A stretch of DNA of 64,000 nt from Azolla caroliniana. Its lineage: Eukaryota > Plantae > Polypodiophyta. Both the position numbers and the translations under genes were made by a program. The stretch covers positions 19,778,001-19,842,000 of the forward strand of contig JBHGNT010000014.1 in NCBI GenBank assembly GCA_043228905.1. Direction: 5' to 3'. Shown here piece after piece: positions 23,892 to 36,452 of this stretch (the stretch's first letter is position 1; the number at the start of each line of letters is the position of its first letter). The notes beneath the pieces were generated by a model. The model was not told the origin of the DNA and made no database searches. It saw only the letters and a list, made by a program, of their open reading frames with translations.

Positions 23892-26336
23892 AAAGTCCAA
23901 AAAGACTCAACATATTTATACATTGTATCCAAATTTCATGAATATATATATTTAATATATTTATATATTTATATATTTATGTGATCTCATGCATATGTGC
24001 CCTCCCCCAATTTTGTTTACTTTTCTAAGATTAGTCTTAAGGCATGTTCACACACACAGACATAGACACAGACACACACATGGTGTCCCTTTCCATCCCA
24101 TGTGTGGCTCTGGGCTCGGAAAACTCCCATCTCATCGCATCCTGCCATCACTAATATGATACTATTGTCAGATGGTGTGTCCATCTTTAATAGAATCATC
24201 ACCATAGTGTGTGCTCTCGGAAAAAGCCGACAGATGTACTCCATTGTCTGATCTGGTCTAACGACTTGGAGTTCGGAAATATGCCCCTCATAGAAGCTCT
24301 GCTCACAATGGGTGTGATGTTCAATGGTTAACTAGGTTCGCGACATTGGTTATATGCATGGCGTGCTTGGAAAGTCTGGTGTACTAATAATGTTGGACGA
24401 ACGCAAATAACAAATTGCAAGATGGTAGGGGTAGATCACTTCCAGACTTTGACCTACAATTCGTCGTGATGGATGCTTGAGAATGTAGCTAGTTGTGATC
24501 AATGTTATGTTACGAAACAACATATGATATAGCGAGGCAAGATGTTGTAATTATGCAAGGTTTTATAGTTGCCCAAGTTTGCTTCACTTTAAGAAAAGGA
24601 CATACCAACTTTCAATTGGGAACTTTTTTAAGATTTTTATTATGTCAACTTAACGACATGTAAGTTTTCTGCCTTTAACCGATGGATATTATGGCCTTAT
24701 AAGGTTGTATACCTGTAAATCATGGGTATTATGGCATTGGCATTCAAGGTTATGAAAGATGCACATAGTTAAGATTACAGTTGAGGAAAATATAACATAA
24801 TTGTACATGTGTACCCCCTACTACGATAATTCTTTATTCATTCTTAACTGTTTCCGTCAAGAGTTTTAATGGAAGAGGTTGATTCTTCTTCTTCATGATC
24901 ATAATAATGTATTGAAGGTAAATTATGATAGCTTTTGAATTTCCTCCATTATGAAACCAACTTGTCCTCTTTCAAATTGTGTAAAGGTGTCGGACAAATG
25001 TTTTATCACTTGTTAGTTTCCTATTCATAATAAAATTTTTCATGTGCATAAACGAAATATGATTGTAGTCTTTTTTATCATGTGCTATATCACAAGATGC
25101 CCTTGGACTTATGTACATTCTATCTCTCCAACAAAAGAAGCATGTCGAGACCAGTGCCTCTTTTGAGCATTTAGAAAGGTATTGATATCTAGGAAGTTGT
25201 GCACAAATGTGCCGGCCCACATTTATTTGTTTACATGCTAGAAATTACAAGTCTTGTTGTATGACGTGTGCATGAAGACACTTGAACTCGCTACTAAGCG
25301 TCATAGATTTATAGAAGGCTCATATTGGAGGAGCTTAGTGTGGGGTGTCTATTATAAACCCCTTGACATAGAGATTGGAGGATAGTATCCTCCAATTTGC
25401 CTCGTTCACTCTCTAATATGAAATCTAAGCTTCTTTTAAATGAATTTATTCTAGTGACAAAACATAGGACTTTGAGACCTAATAGAGGATTAAAATGATT
25501 ATGTTTTGTGAGACTTGAGTGATATGACACTATTGGGTGATAATAGGCCATTGTGTCCCATATGCATTTTAAAAATAGGGGAATGACTTTGGGCCTAAAT
25601 AGTTGCACCAAGCTGGTCATAACATATTTTTAGATAGGATAAATTTGGCTATGGATCAATGTTTTGGTATTGATGGAATTGGAAAGGTTGAGGTTATATG
25701 AGGTGGATGCATTTGTGTGAACAGGTGCAAACTACCCTCCTAAGATTGGTCAAGGGAAATAGTGTTGCATTTAATGTAGTAGATGGATCAACTGTGAGGG
25801 TGCCAGAGCATCAAAGTTGTAAGGCTAGTTCTCACATTATCAAGCCTCATTGAGAAAGAACTCTCGTTGTAATTGTGCTTCCACACTCTATTGACAATAG
25901 GGATGTCTAGCGTCTCCATTGTTTTGTGTTCTCTATTTTCTATGCAATAGTTAACAAGATATAGTGGCTCTTCACTTGTTTACCCAAGAAACATTTTCGA
26001 GCAAGAGATTCAAGAAATATTGGAAGTTCGAATCTTGGTAGGCGAGGCCATTATTGCTAATAGTGTATAGGAACGCAAGAGTGATTAGACGAGGAAAAAA
26101 AGGGCAAAGTGCAATATTTTAGTCCTAAAATTGTGCAAATCAACAAGTGTGAGGACCCTCATTTTATACATTCACAAATGTGATGCATGACTATGCATGC
26201 CACCTAACCATATACTTGTCAATTCTCTAGAATATTTTACTAAGCCCTTGCAATAACCAACAAGAGATAACCTTCCATTAACCCTGTAATAACATAAATA
26301 TGGATGTAGGTTAATGACCATGACATCATCTCCCCA

Positions 26337-26612
26337 TGTTGAGAATCAAACTAAACTTCCCTAGTGTGGGAACACACCTTAGAAATACCCAAGTGTGTGA
26401 ACATCCCACCTCGTTGTATCATAACTGATGTGTCAAGAAGTTAAGACCTATGACACATATTTAGTAAGCAGTTAAGTCTCCATGTCTTTCCCAAGAGACG
26501 GTGGTAGAAAGAGAATGTAGAGAGAAGGTGACTAGATACGCACCTTCTCCTCTTTGTAATGTTGGTTGCTATTCTTGTTAATACAGTTTTACTATTTTCT
26601 ATATACTCTATG

Positions 26613-26695
<83 letters not shown>
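26337..26695 (+). repeat. 5' LTR (3'-truncated within its (CT)n(CA)n tract)
   Basis: Aligns to the 3' LTR from 29606 up to the microsatellite, then runs straight into integrase sequence. Confidence 0.9.
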
Positions 26696-26697
<2 letters not shown>

Positions 26698-27303
26698 CAC
26701 TCCACAAAATCCTGGATGTAATACATTCAGATGTATGGGGACCAACCCAAACGACAACATTCGGTGATTGCCGATATTATGTGACGTTCATCGACGACTT
26801 CTCCAAGCACACCTAGATATTCCCTATGCGGCTAAAGAGTGAAGTGTTCTCACACTTCTAGAAATTTAAACACGAAGTTGAAAAGGCAACCAGTCGACAT
26901 GTACGGTGCCTTCGATCGGACGGAGGCAAAGAGTATTTCTCCGATGCCTTCATAACATACCTTCAACAAGAAGGAATTCTTTGGGAGTTTACCTACTGAC
27001 ACACACCTCAACAAAACGGAGTAGCCGAAAGGAAAAATCGGCACATATTGGAGGTAGCAAGGGCAATGATAAATGAGAAAAATTTGCCGAAATCATATTG
27101 GGTTGAAGCAGTGAACACGACCGTCTATGTAATGAAACAGTGCACACAACATCTAGAGTGCACGATGTTACCCCCGATGAGAAGTTCTATGGAAGGAAGC
27201 TAGACCTATCCCACGTAAGGATATTCGGCTCTATTGTATTCATACACATTCTCGATGAAAAGCAGCAAAACCTCGAACCAAAATCGGAGAAGTGTATCCT
27301 CGT

Positions 27304-27327
27304 ACCCTAAACCCTAAACCCTAAACC
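27304..27327 (+). repeat. Interstitial plant telomeric repeat (CCCTAAA)3
   Basis: accctaaaccctaaaccctaaacc immediately after the integrase KSEKCILV codons. Confidence 0.9.
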
Positions 27328-28861
27328 TTCAAGTCCAAAGCCGGTCAAAGGGAAAGCCAAAATGCCTGAGCTCGAAGACTCAGATGGAACTGAATCGGCT
27401 CACTCACTCGATAGTGAGTACGTTGGATTGGATGTGCCTATCATGAGGACACCAGGGACCAAGAAAGCGTTAATGAAGACAAGCGAACCACCACGTCGCT
27501 CTACCCGAGAAAAGAACGCAGTTAGCCGATTCGGCTACAACGACTACATGGCATATCACTATGCCTTTATGATGAAGGTGGCGACAGTTTGGGAACTGGA
27601 AAACTTTTCCGAAGTCGCTAAGGACTTGCGATGGGTCGAAACGATGAATGAGGAGATGTAAGCACTCTCCAGGAACGAAACATGGAATCTCGTCCCATCT
27701 TCACCCCACCGAAAGGCAATTAGATGCCGGTGGATATTCAAGGTGAAGCACAATGCCGGCGACACCGTCAATAGGTATAAGGCCCAACCCGACTTGTGGC
27801 AAAAGGGTATGCACCGATGCATGGGGTCGATTATGAAGAGACCTTTGCCCTAGTGGCAAAAATCACAACCATTCGAACCGTGATCATGCTTGCAGTAGCC
27901 AAAGGGTTGCACCTCCACCAAATGGACGTCAAGAATGCCTTTCTCCAAGGAGAATTAGATGAGGAGGTGTATATGGTACAGCCACCCGGTTTGAGGTCGA
28001 GCACACACCTGCAAGCAGTATGCCGACTCAAAAAGCTGCTCAAGGGTCTCAAGAAGGCACCTAGAGCATGGGATTCAAAGATAACCCAATATCTTCACCA
28101 AATCGTCTTCAAAATGTTCAAGCTCGACTATTTCTGTTCATCCGCAACAACTCTAGAGGACAACTATTCATCATAATATATGTGGACAACATGGTCATTG
28201 GAGGAGTCTGAGCACATAGAGGATATCGAACATACCAAGAAGCTACTCTCCGACCAATTTGAAAGGAAAGACATGAAGGAGCTACATTACTTTCTAGGTA
28301 GAGAGGTAATTCGGACTCTTGGCGACACTACATCTTCAATCTACTCTTTAAGTTTGGGATGGCATAGTGTAAGCCCATTGCAACCCCTCTTGATTGAAAT
28401 CTCAAGCGAGATGTTGATTCCGATATAGAGGAATGTGAGCCGACTCACTATTGACAGCTAGTCAGAAGTCTTATCTATCTCACCATTACCGACCCGACCT
28501 CAATTACCTGGTCGGCCTTCTTAGCCACTTTATGCAAACACCGCACGATATTCATCTGGATTGCGCTAGGAGAGTACTCAAGTATGTAAGTGGGACGATG
28601 GATTTTGACATCCTCTACAAATCGGCCACACCGGTTCGACTCGAATGGGGCGGCTACAAAGCCAACAGGCGATCAACATCAGTATTCGTCTTTCTCCCTC
28701 AGCAATGGAGCCATATCGTGGAGTAGCAAGAAGCATTTGATGGTCACAATGTCGAGCACAGAGGCCAAATACAAGGGCACACCAGTTGCCACATGTGAAA
28801 CTGTTTGGCTAAAACGAATCTTGAAGGATCTGGGAGTTCCCATCACGAATCCAATTCTTCT

Positions 28862-29310
28862 TGTTGAGAGATCAAGCTCAACTAGAGTTAGTTAGTTAGT
28901 CAACCATGTAACTTCGTAGTTACCTAGATAGAATCTAGTTAGAAGTGTTGACTATAACACCTTAAATAGGACCTTGTACTTAAGTGGGATGTTCTAGATC
29001 CGCCACTCCCAAGTACATTTAATATAGGACTTACACCCTTGTACCTATATTCTCCTCACACATGTGCACCCTGGCACATGAGATCTATATATACCTCATT
29101 GTGGGTATTTTTGTATTTGATGATGATAATGCTAATTTAATATAGAGTTAATCATCCCCCATCTTGTGTTGTTCATAAGTGTATCTTCCTCTCTCTCTCT
29201 CTCTCTTCCTCTCACACACATACACACACATATCACATAATATTTTGCACTTAACTTAATCACATAATTAGGTACTAATTAACTCGTAGTTAAACATCTA
29301 ATTATTAACA
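28862..29310. mobile_element. Solo LTR (449 bp) nested in the copia RNase H region
   Basis: TGTT...AACA termini and perfect 5-bp TSD CTTCT (28857-28861, 29311-29315). Removing it restores the RNase H frame (PILL|YYDN..ARNPIFH). Confidence 0.92.
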
Positions 29311-29605
29311 CTTCTTTACTACGACAACATGATTAGTATTCATCTGGCTCGGAACCCAATCTTTCACGCTCAGACCAAGCACATTGAGGTGCACCATCAC
29401 TTCATCTGAGAGCATGTCCTAATCGGAAATGTCGACCTATAATACATTAGTACGAATCCGCAAACGACCGACATCTTCCCAAAGCCATTGGGGGCCGACA
29501 AGTTGCGGTAGTTCACGTGCTTGAGGGGGAGCGAGGATACGGAGCCGACCCGAAGACTAGTTCGAACCAACTATTTGGCGACCGGAAGTTGCGTTTGAAG
29601 GGGCG

Positions 29606-29886
29606 TGTTGAGAATCAAACTAAACTTCCCTAGTGTGGGAACACACCTTAGAAATACCCAAATGTGTGAACATCCCACCTCGTTGTATCATAACTGATGT
29701 GTGATAGAAGCTAAGACCTATGACACATATTTAGTAAGTAGTAAAGTCTCCACCTCTTTCCAAAGAGATGGTGGTAGAAAAAGAATGTAGAGAGAAGGTG
29801 ACTACATAAGCACCTTCTTGTCCTCTTTGTAATGTTGCTTTTTATTCTTGTTAATACAGTTTTACTATTTTCTGTATACTCTATGT

Positions 29887-29955
<69 letters not shown>

Positions 29956-30002
29956 AACAAAGTAGACATTCCGCTATACATAATCACTCACAATTCTTTA
30001 CA
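29606..30002 (+). repeat. 3' LTR of the copia element
   Basis: TG...CA, preceded by purine tract TTGAAGGGGCG. Confidence 0.88.
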
Positions 30003-30062
30003 CCCCCTCTAGCACTGACTTCCACGACTTCCAAGAGGAGCAAGTTTATGGGTTATTATTTG

Positions 30063-30093
<31 letters not shown>

Positions 30094-30239
30094 ATGGTCT
30101 ATCGTAAGTGACATTTTTAGGCCAACACTAATATTACTGAAACAAAGATAGTGAAGTTATATTAGCACTTCCTTTTATGTTTGATTCACCCAACCACAAG
30201 GATCTCATAACGACATTTGATACCTGTGTTTAGGAGTGA

Positions 30240-30650
30240 TTTTGCACACATAGGTATTCATTGAATAATGGTTGGATTTTAATCCCACATATTCAAAAAG
30301 CAAGGCCTTGAGTTGTAGAAAGCACTATATAGATTGAAGAAGGCACCAAAGGCTTGGTATGAGTGTTAGGAGATGTCTAGTTGATGCACCCTAATGAATC
30401 AATGTTGAAGGTGGGAAATAATGATCTTTAATATGCGTGGACTATTTGGACCTTATTGTTGTATTTTAACAAATCAAAAGTTGAGTTTAGGATGATAGAG
30501 AAAGGAGTATCACACTTATGTTCGGGACTAGATGTTTCTCACTCAAGAAAGTTTTTGCGATGTAGATTGTAAATTGACTTATATACTGAACATCCATAAT
30601 GGAGGTCAATCTAAAGAGATGAACTAGATGCGTGCAATTGGAGAGAGGGG
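30240..30650 (+). mobile_element. Highly degraded copia RT remnant
   Basis: LKKAPKAWYE plus eroded YVDD-like and EF.M...G...FLGL-like segments. Confidence 0.5.
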
Positions 30651-31739
30651 GGCACTCTTAAGCATTGGTCATGAGTGTCTTGTATGTGTGCAACATAAGA
30701 CTAAACATAACATATATGGTGAGAAGCATGGAAAATAGTCGTTGGAAGTTGGGATGCATATGTAAGGTACTTGAAGGGTAAAATCATATATTATAATTAT
30801 GTTTGGTTGAGAGATGGAGTTGAAGATATTGTAATTGAGTGGGTTAGATCTTTGAACGGACACAAGGTCTACTTTGATCTTTGTCTTTCCTCAGGGTCAA
30901 GAATATTTTCCCAGGTCATGAAGACGGAATCAAGCGTCTCACTAGCCTTAGTACAAGGGTCCTACACTTTGTGGCAACCATTGCTAAATTGTTATTTGCC
31001 AAGCATTTGGTGTTCAATGGGCAGAGCATACCTATTGAGATTTCAAAATCACTTCATACAATATTCATTTTTGGTGAGAAGGCGAAGTAGGACTATAGTT
31101 GTTTATGAGGGGCTAAGGACCTAAACAGGTTAAGAAGCTATCGTGGACATCCAAATGGGGGAATATCAACAAGCAGAGAAATATGATGTGAGAATTTGGG
31201 CAATTAAAAGATTTAGAAAACATAAAATATTAAGCAAGATCCTAAAGCAATCAAATGTTGTAGTTTATACATTCAAAGTGCTCGACGATGAGTATTCATG
31301 TGAACAAGGGCCAATAGTAAGTGTGGTGAACAAGAAGATTGGTGTATTTAGATCGGTTAATCATTAGCTTAACAACATAATGTATTGCACAATATATTAG
31401 AGAGAATCTAAGGCTAGTACCCACAACAAACCACGAAATTGTATTTGTTAATGCTCTCTTTTGATCACATAAACTAGAGCCCCATTGTATAATTCCCTTT
31501 GGTATATTCATGATTTGACGCTCTCATGTTATAATGATAAATCTATGTCTTTTCCAATGTTTTCTATATTCATAAACTATCTTCGCATTTTGTATCTTTT
31601 GCACAATTACGTTATAAGTGTGAAACAATGCTTTGAATATGTGCTCATTTCTAGTAGCTCCTCTCTATATCTCTTTGCTCACTCTTTGAGGTTCCATAGA
31701 ATGGAATTACCTCAGTCACACAATCTCTTGCTAATGTTT

Positions 31740-32240
31740 ACCAGCATGTAACAAATGAAGTTTTTCAGGAACAGGGGGAGACAACGAATGTCGACACACC
31801 TGCACCACTTGGGCTTTTCCTTGATGAAGCAGAAAATCAAAGAAGAACCAAACGCCCTTAGATGCCGGGTTTCAAAGCAACTCGACGTGATGTAGAAGCA
31901 ATAAAGAAAATAAGGGAACGTGCGCTACACCGCCTAGAAACCATGGTTGGGGCACTCTATACACCGGGACCATGGGTCACACCCACACCAAAACCCTTTG
32001 ACCTCCCACTTCTTTTCGAGAGGCTTGGGTGGAAATGAAATTAGGCTTAGTGCAAAGTCACTTCTTTTTTATCAAGTATACCATGTTTTGTACACTACTA
32101 GAACTCCTTTAGCTTATGTTATTTTTACTTTACTTTTATTTTAGTTTTGATGATTGGCTAAATACCCATTTTTGTTGTAAACCAATTGTCTCATGGACAA
32201 ATTTTGGCCTTAGAAGATGTTAATATATCTTTCTTTCTCT
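31740..32240 (+). mobile_element. 5'-truncated second copy of the LINE 3' end, without the MITE
   Basis: Colinear with 35377-35616 plus 36142-36400, including the tail ggccttagaaga.gttaatatatctttc. Confidence 0.85.
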
Positions 32241-32261
32241 TTCTTATTTTTATTGCAATTA

Positions 32262-32446
32262 CCTTACCCTAGTGGTAGATTGTTAGCACTACAAGCATTG
32301 TGTTTTGGGTTCGAAACCCAACTTCCTCACCTCTCTATTATATACTTATTCTATATCTCTTAATTCACTACATGCCACTGTGAAATGTAGGGGTTGAACC
32401 CATGACCACATGGTCTCCATTGGGCAACCTTACCAACTGAGCTACA
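32262..32446. mobile_element. Two convergent tRNA-derived SINE-like heads
   Basis: + strand A-box TAGTGGTAGA (about 32270) and B-box GGTTCGAAACC (32308). - strand TAGCTCAGTTGGT (about 32444) and GGTTCAACCC (about 32400). No clean cloverleaf seen. Confidence 0.55.
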
Positions 32447-32482
<36 letters not shown>

Positions 32483-32540
32483 TCTCCCCCCATGTGCACA
32501 CACACAATCCACAACATCGGCAACCTTACCAATTGAGCTA

Positions 32541-32576
<36 letters not shown>

Positions 32577-33003
32577 CATGTGCACACACACAATCCACAA
32601 CATCTTGTCTCATGCTATTAGGAACATGTGCTTGGTGCATAGAGGTGCTTGTCATGGAAAGAGTATAAAGTATATCACAAAAGACTTGCTGACACAGATT
32701 GCCTAATCATGTTTGGAAAATAAAATACATGGTGCAAAAAACTAACAACAATATCCTTTCATTTGGTTGGTGATTGATCTCTCTCTCTCTCTCTCTCCCC
32801 ATGTGCACACACACAATCCACAACATCTTGCCTCATGCTATTAGGAACATGTGCTTGGTGCATAGAGGTGCTTGTCATGGAAAGAGTATAAAGTATATCA
32901 CAAAAGACTTGCTGACACAGATTGCCTAATCATGTTTGGAAAATAAAATACATGGTGCAAAAAACTAACAACAACAATATCCTTTCATTTGGTTGGTGAT
33001 TGA
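32422..33003. repeat. Local tandem duplications bounded by (CT)n (short unit, then about 230-bp near-identical unit)
   Basis: ggcaaccttaccaa.tgagctacat(ct)nccccatgtgcacacacacaatccacaacatc is repeated; 32575-32777 recurs at 32797-33003. Confidence 0.9.
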
Positions 33004-33929
33004 CATTATAAAATGGTTTAAGACATGGGGAGTAGAAGATCTATTGGAGCTCCTAAGGTGATGTTATAAAGTATGTTATCATTGAGGATAGATACAAGAG
33101 GCACTAAGGATGAAGTTGCAGGATGCTAAAATGCTAAAATTTGGAAAATTAATTACATCACAAATATTAAGCCTCAATGTTCGTCCCACTAATGTAAAAA
33201 ATGTGAGAATGTATCCAATCACATCTTAGTACCCCATGAGCCTTAACACTTCTTTAAACTCGCTCACACAAGTTAGGTGCTAGGTAGCATCATTGCATCA
33301 ACACCCAAGTATGACGATATGCAAGGTATACAATGAGAGCCTAGTCGAACATGAATATCATTTACTTCTCACATGAACACCATATAAGGTAATTCACAAG
33401 ATATTTTTTGTCATACTCAAATCTCCAACAAGAAGGGTGAGCATATATGCACATGCATTATTTTCCCATTGCTCAACATTGACATCTCCGTGGACGATAA
33501 ACAACTATTCCCTTATCTTTAAAATGTAGTTAATATATCAAGATTCAATACCACACGACAATAGGAAAGACCTTTATGACCATTATAGTGAGGATATTAT
33601 GGCAATGTAAACTTGCTAAGGTTTTGTAAGACTACATGATATAAAGGCAATTCCTTGGATGTCAAAGTGCCCCCAAAACTTAGTTGTAAAAATGGCCAAT
33701 CAATGTTCATTTTTAGATTACATACTTGTTTAGATACTCCATGGAACCATCAAATTAGGACACATTTTTCATGCTCCAATCATACCATAGATTCCAATAT
33801 CAAAGGCAGACACACAAAATCTATGTGTATGCAATGCTAGTACAATGGTAAGGCTTAAAATTGTTAACATGAAGGTACAGGGTTCATAGGTCATATTTGA
33901 CCTCCGAAGACGATAATATAATCTATCTA

Positions 33930-33974
<45 letters not shown>

Positions 33975-33976
<2 letters not shown>

Positions 33977-34203
33977 GAAACAGGGAAACCGTGCACATCG
34001 ATACATGTTAGAGCCCATCTCGTTCTTTTCCATCCAAACCAATGCTTCCATGCGACTTAGCTCACATGCATTGTGATGTGAGATGGTTGTGAGACGAGGC
34101 ATTCAGGCACAGGTGATGAGAGTGGTCGACTTGGCATACTTTTATGCTAAACAAATTCGAGAGTCTGAGTATCATACTTTGATACAATGTTGTCTTTGAT
34201 CAT
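33975..34203. repeat. About 229-bp direct repeat, copy 1 (follows (CT)n)
   Basis: Matches 37191-37418 with roughly 14 differences by manual count. Confidence 0.92.
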
Positions 34204-34244
34204 CTCTCTTTCTCTCTCTCTCTCCTTATCTTTCATACATTGTC

Positions 34245-36398
34245 CCGAGTTAGGAGTAAATGTCACCTAATCCTCTCTCATAAACTAGTTGAGGTCGTGG
34301 GATCATATGTATACTTGGGAGTCACTTTTAGTGCTCACTCAAGTAAATTCTCGATGACCCAGGCAGCCAAAGATAAGCTAACGAGAGGGTATGCATCCCT
34401 CTCACTCTTAGAGAGACAATGCCACCATGCATACTTTCAAGAGCCACGGACTAAGGGATGGCTCTTCAACTCATTAGTGACCCCTTCCCTCATGTATGCA
34501 TCAGTAGTATGGGCTCCAAGTCTACGATCTTCATGTGGACGCAATTAGAGAGACCTTTGGTGACGATGTTATCACGTCAACTCCGAAACAAATCGACAGT
34601 ACCACATGATATTATTAGAGCAGAGTTCAGTCTACCCCGGACGTTAGTAGAAGCACTCTTTCAAGTGGTAGTTTTATTCATCGGATACATAATCAACCAC
34701 AAGATAGGATATCCCGTCGAGCCTTTGAGGCATCCCGATCCCTACATGCGTCTAGAGACACTAGCACTTGGTATAGCATTATGGTGAGTTGGTTACTTGC
34801 AAACGGCATATACATTAATAACCTACCTCCCCTTAAGTACAACCATGGGACTGGTCAAACTCTAATCTCTCATGAAGACCGTAATAACGTGATACGCCAA
34901 GAAATATGGCAAATTTACACTCAATATAAATGGATCACTCCACGAGAGTCACTCCCATCGAAAATGTTGTACTATAAGGAACACTTCTTGCACTTCTCTA
35001 AGTTAGGTTTTATTACACGACCAAGATATCTAGATACATTCTTATCAAATGCACTAAGGGTGGCCATTGGACAACTTAGGATATCATCTCACCAACTTGA
35101 GATTGAGAATGGTCGGGCTAATAGAGTCCCTAAAGAGGAAAGGCTATGTAGGTTATGCCACATAGAGATAGAGGATGAGTATCACTTCACATGCAAGTGC
35201 CCAACTTATGCCGAGGTACGGGCGGAATACCAAGACATATTAGGACCCTCTCCTACACTCTCCAAACTATTAGATACCTCGAGTGTAAAGAGACTAAGTA
35301 GGTATATCTTAGAACTAAAACAATATAGGGAGAATAAATTACAAAGTGTTAACCATAACCCTTTTACTATTCATCAACATGTAACTAGTGTAATTTTTCA
35401 GGAACAAGGGGAGATGATGAATGTGGCTACACTTACGCCGCTCGGCCTCTCCCTTGAGGAAGCAAAAATGCAAAGAACAACCAAATGCCCTCGGATGTTG
35501 GGCTTCAAAACAAGTCGACGTGGAGTAGAAAAGATTCAGAAGATAAGGGAACGTGAACTACGTCGACTAGAAGCTATGGTTGGGGTATCTTTTACATTGG
35601 GACCACGGGCCACATCCATAGTTCCTAATATTCGCGTACGTCCAATTTATTGGACGTACGCGTATGATACACGATATTCGTTTGGCTTTTTAAAATTTTT
35701 GATATTCATAATTCTTTGTGAATAGAAGTGACGTCTGACACACACACACACTCTCTCTCTCTCTCTCTCTCACGAGAACTGACAGATCTTCTCTCTCTAC
35801 AAAATCTAGATATCTAATATACATATTACACACTCCCTCACACAGACAAAACCTATAACTCCTCTCTCTCTCTCTCTCTCTAGAGTCTAGATATACACTC
35901 AACCACTGTCTCCTCACACATGCAAAACATGGCTTCTCTCTCTAGACCACACACACACACACACACACTCTCTCTCTCTCTCCCTCACACACACACACAC
36001 TATGTACACCATATGTATATATCTATGTACCGCGTATGGATTTCAATCATACTTCGAGCTTTTTCACGTATGAGTATGATATGAATATTGGTGTTTGAGT
36101 ATGACACGAATGGGACGTATGGCTAGAACTATGGCCACATCCACATCACAACCCTTTGACCTCCCGCTTCTCTTCGAGAGACTTGAATGGAAATGAAATT
36201 AGGCCTAGTTTAACATCATTTTCATTGTAGAACATGTTTTTTATATAGAATAGTTTTGTTATTTTCTTAGAACTATTTAGCTTAAAGTCTATTTTTATCT
36301 TATTTTTATTTTTACTTTCGATGAATGGGTAAATATCCCATTTTTTTGTAAACCATTTGTCTCATGGGCCAATTTTGGCCTTAGAAGACGTTAATATA

Positions 36399-36405
<7 letters not shown>
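34245..36405 (+). mobile_element. 5'-truncated non-LTR retrotransposon (RTE/RTEX-like LINE), frameshifted ORF2 C-terminal half
   Basis: YVYLGVTFS (RT thumb), LFNSLV.P.LMY, QLRISSHQLEIENGR and CCHC finger RLCRLCHIEIEDEYHFTCKCPTY. The native stop is at 36194-36196 after MITE removal, and the element ends in (CT)n. Confidence 0.88.
35617..36133. mobile_element. hAT-type MITE (517 bp) inserted in the LINE
   Basis: TIR CATAGTTC/GAACTATG and perfect 8-bp TSD GCCACATC (35609-35616, 36134-36141); absent from the paralogous copy at about 31980. Confidence 0.92.

Positions 36406-36449
<44 letters not shown>

Positions 36450-36452
<3 letters not shown>

Larger units (their letters stand above)
26337..30002 (+). 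mobile_element. Internally deleted, degenerate Ty1/copia LTR retrotransposon
   Basis: Direct repeats start TGTTGAGAATC at 26337 and 29606. The 3' LTR ends ATTCTTTACA at 30002 (8/10 inverted match to the start), with TSD CCCCA/CCCCC and a PPT before 29606. Copia order integrase (IHSDVWGP, TFIDDFS, PQQNGVAERKNR), RT (GVDYEETF, QMDVKNAFLQG), RNase H (WSSKK, SSTEAKY, TKHIEV); many stops and frameshifts. Confidence 0.95.

Noticed and set aside
32385-32446. Functional tRNA gene
   Set aside because: A/B boxes are present, but no convincing anticodon arm or full cloverleaf; treated as SINE-like
35617-35725. C-terminus of the 314-aa ORF as genuine LINE protein
   Set aside because: Read-through into the inserted MITE; the native frame resumes at 36142
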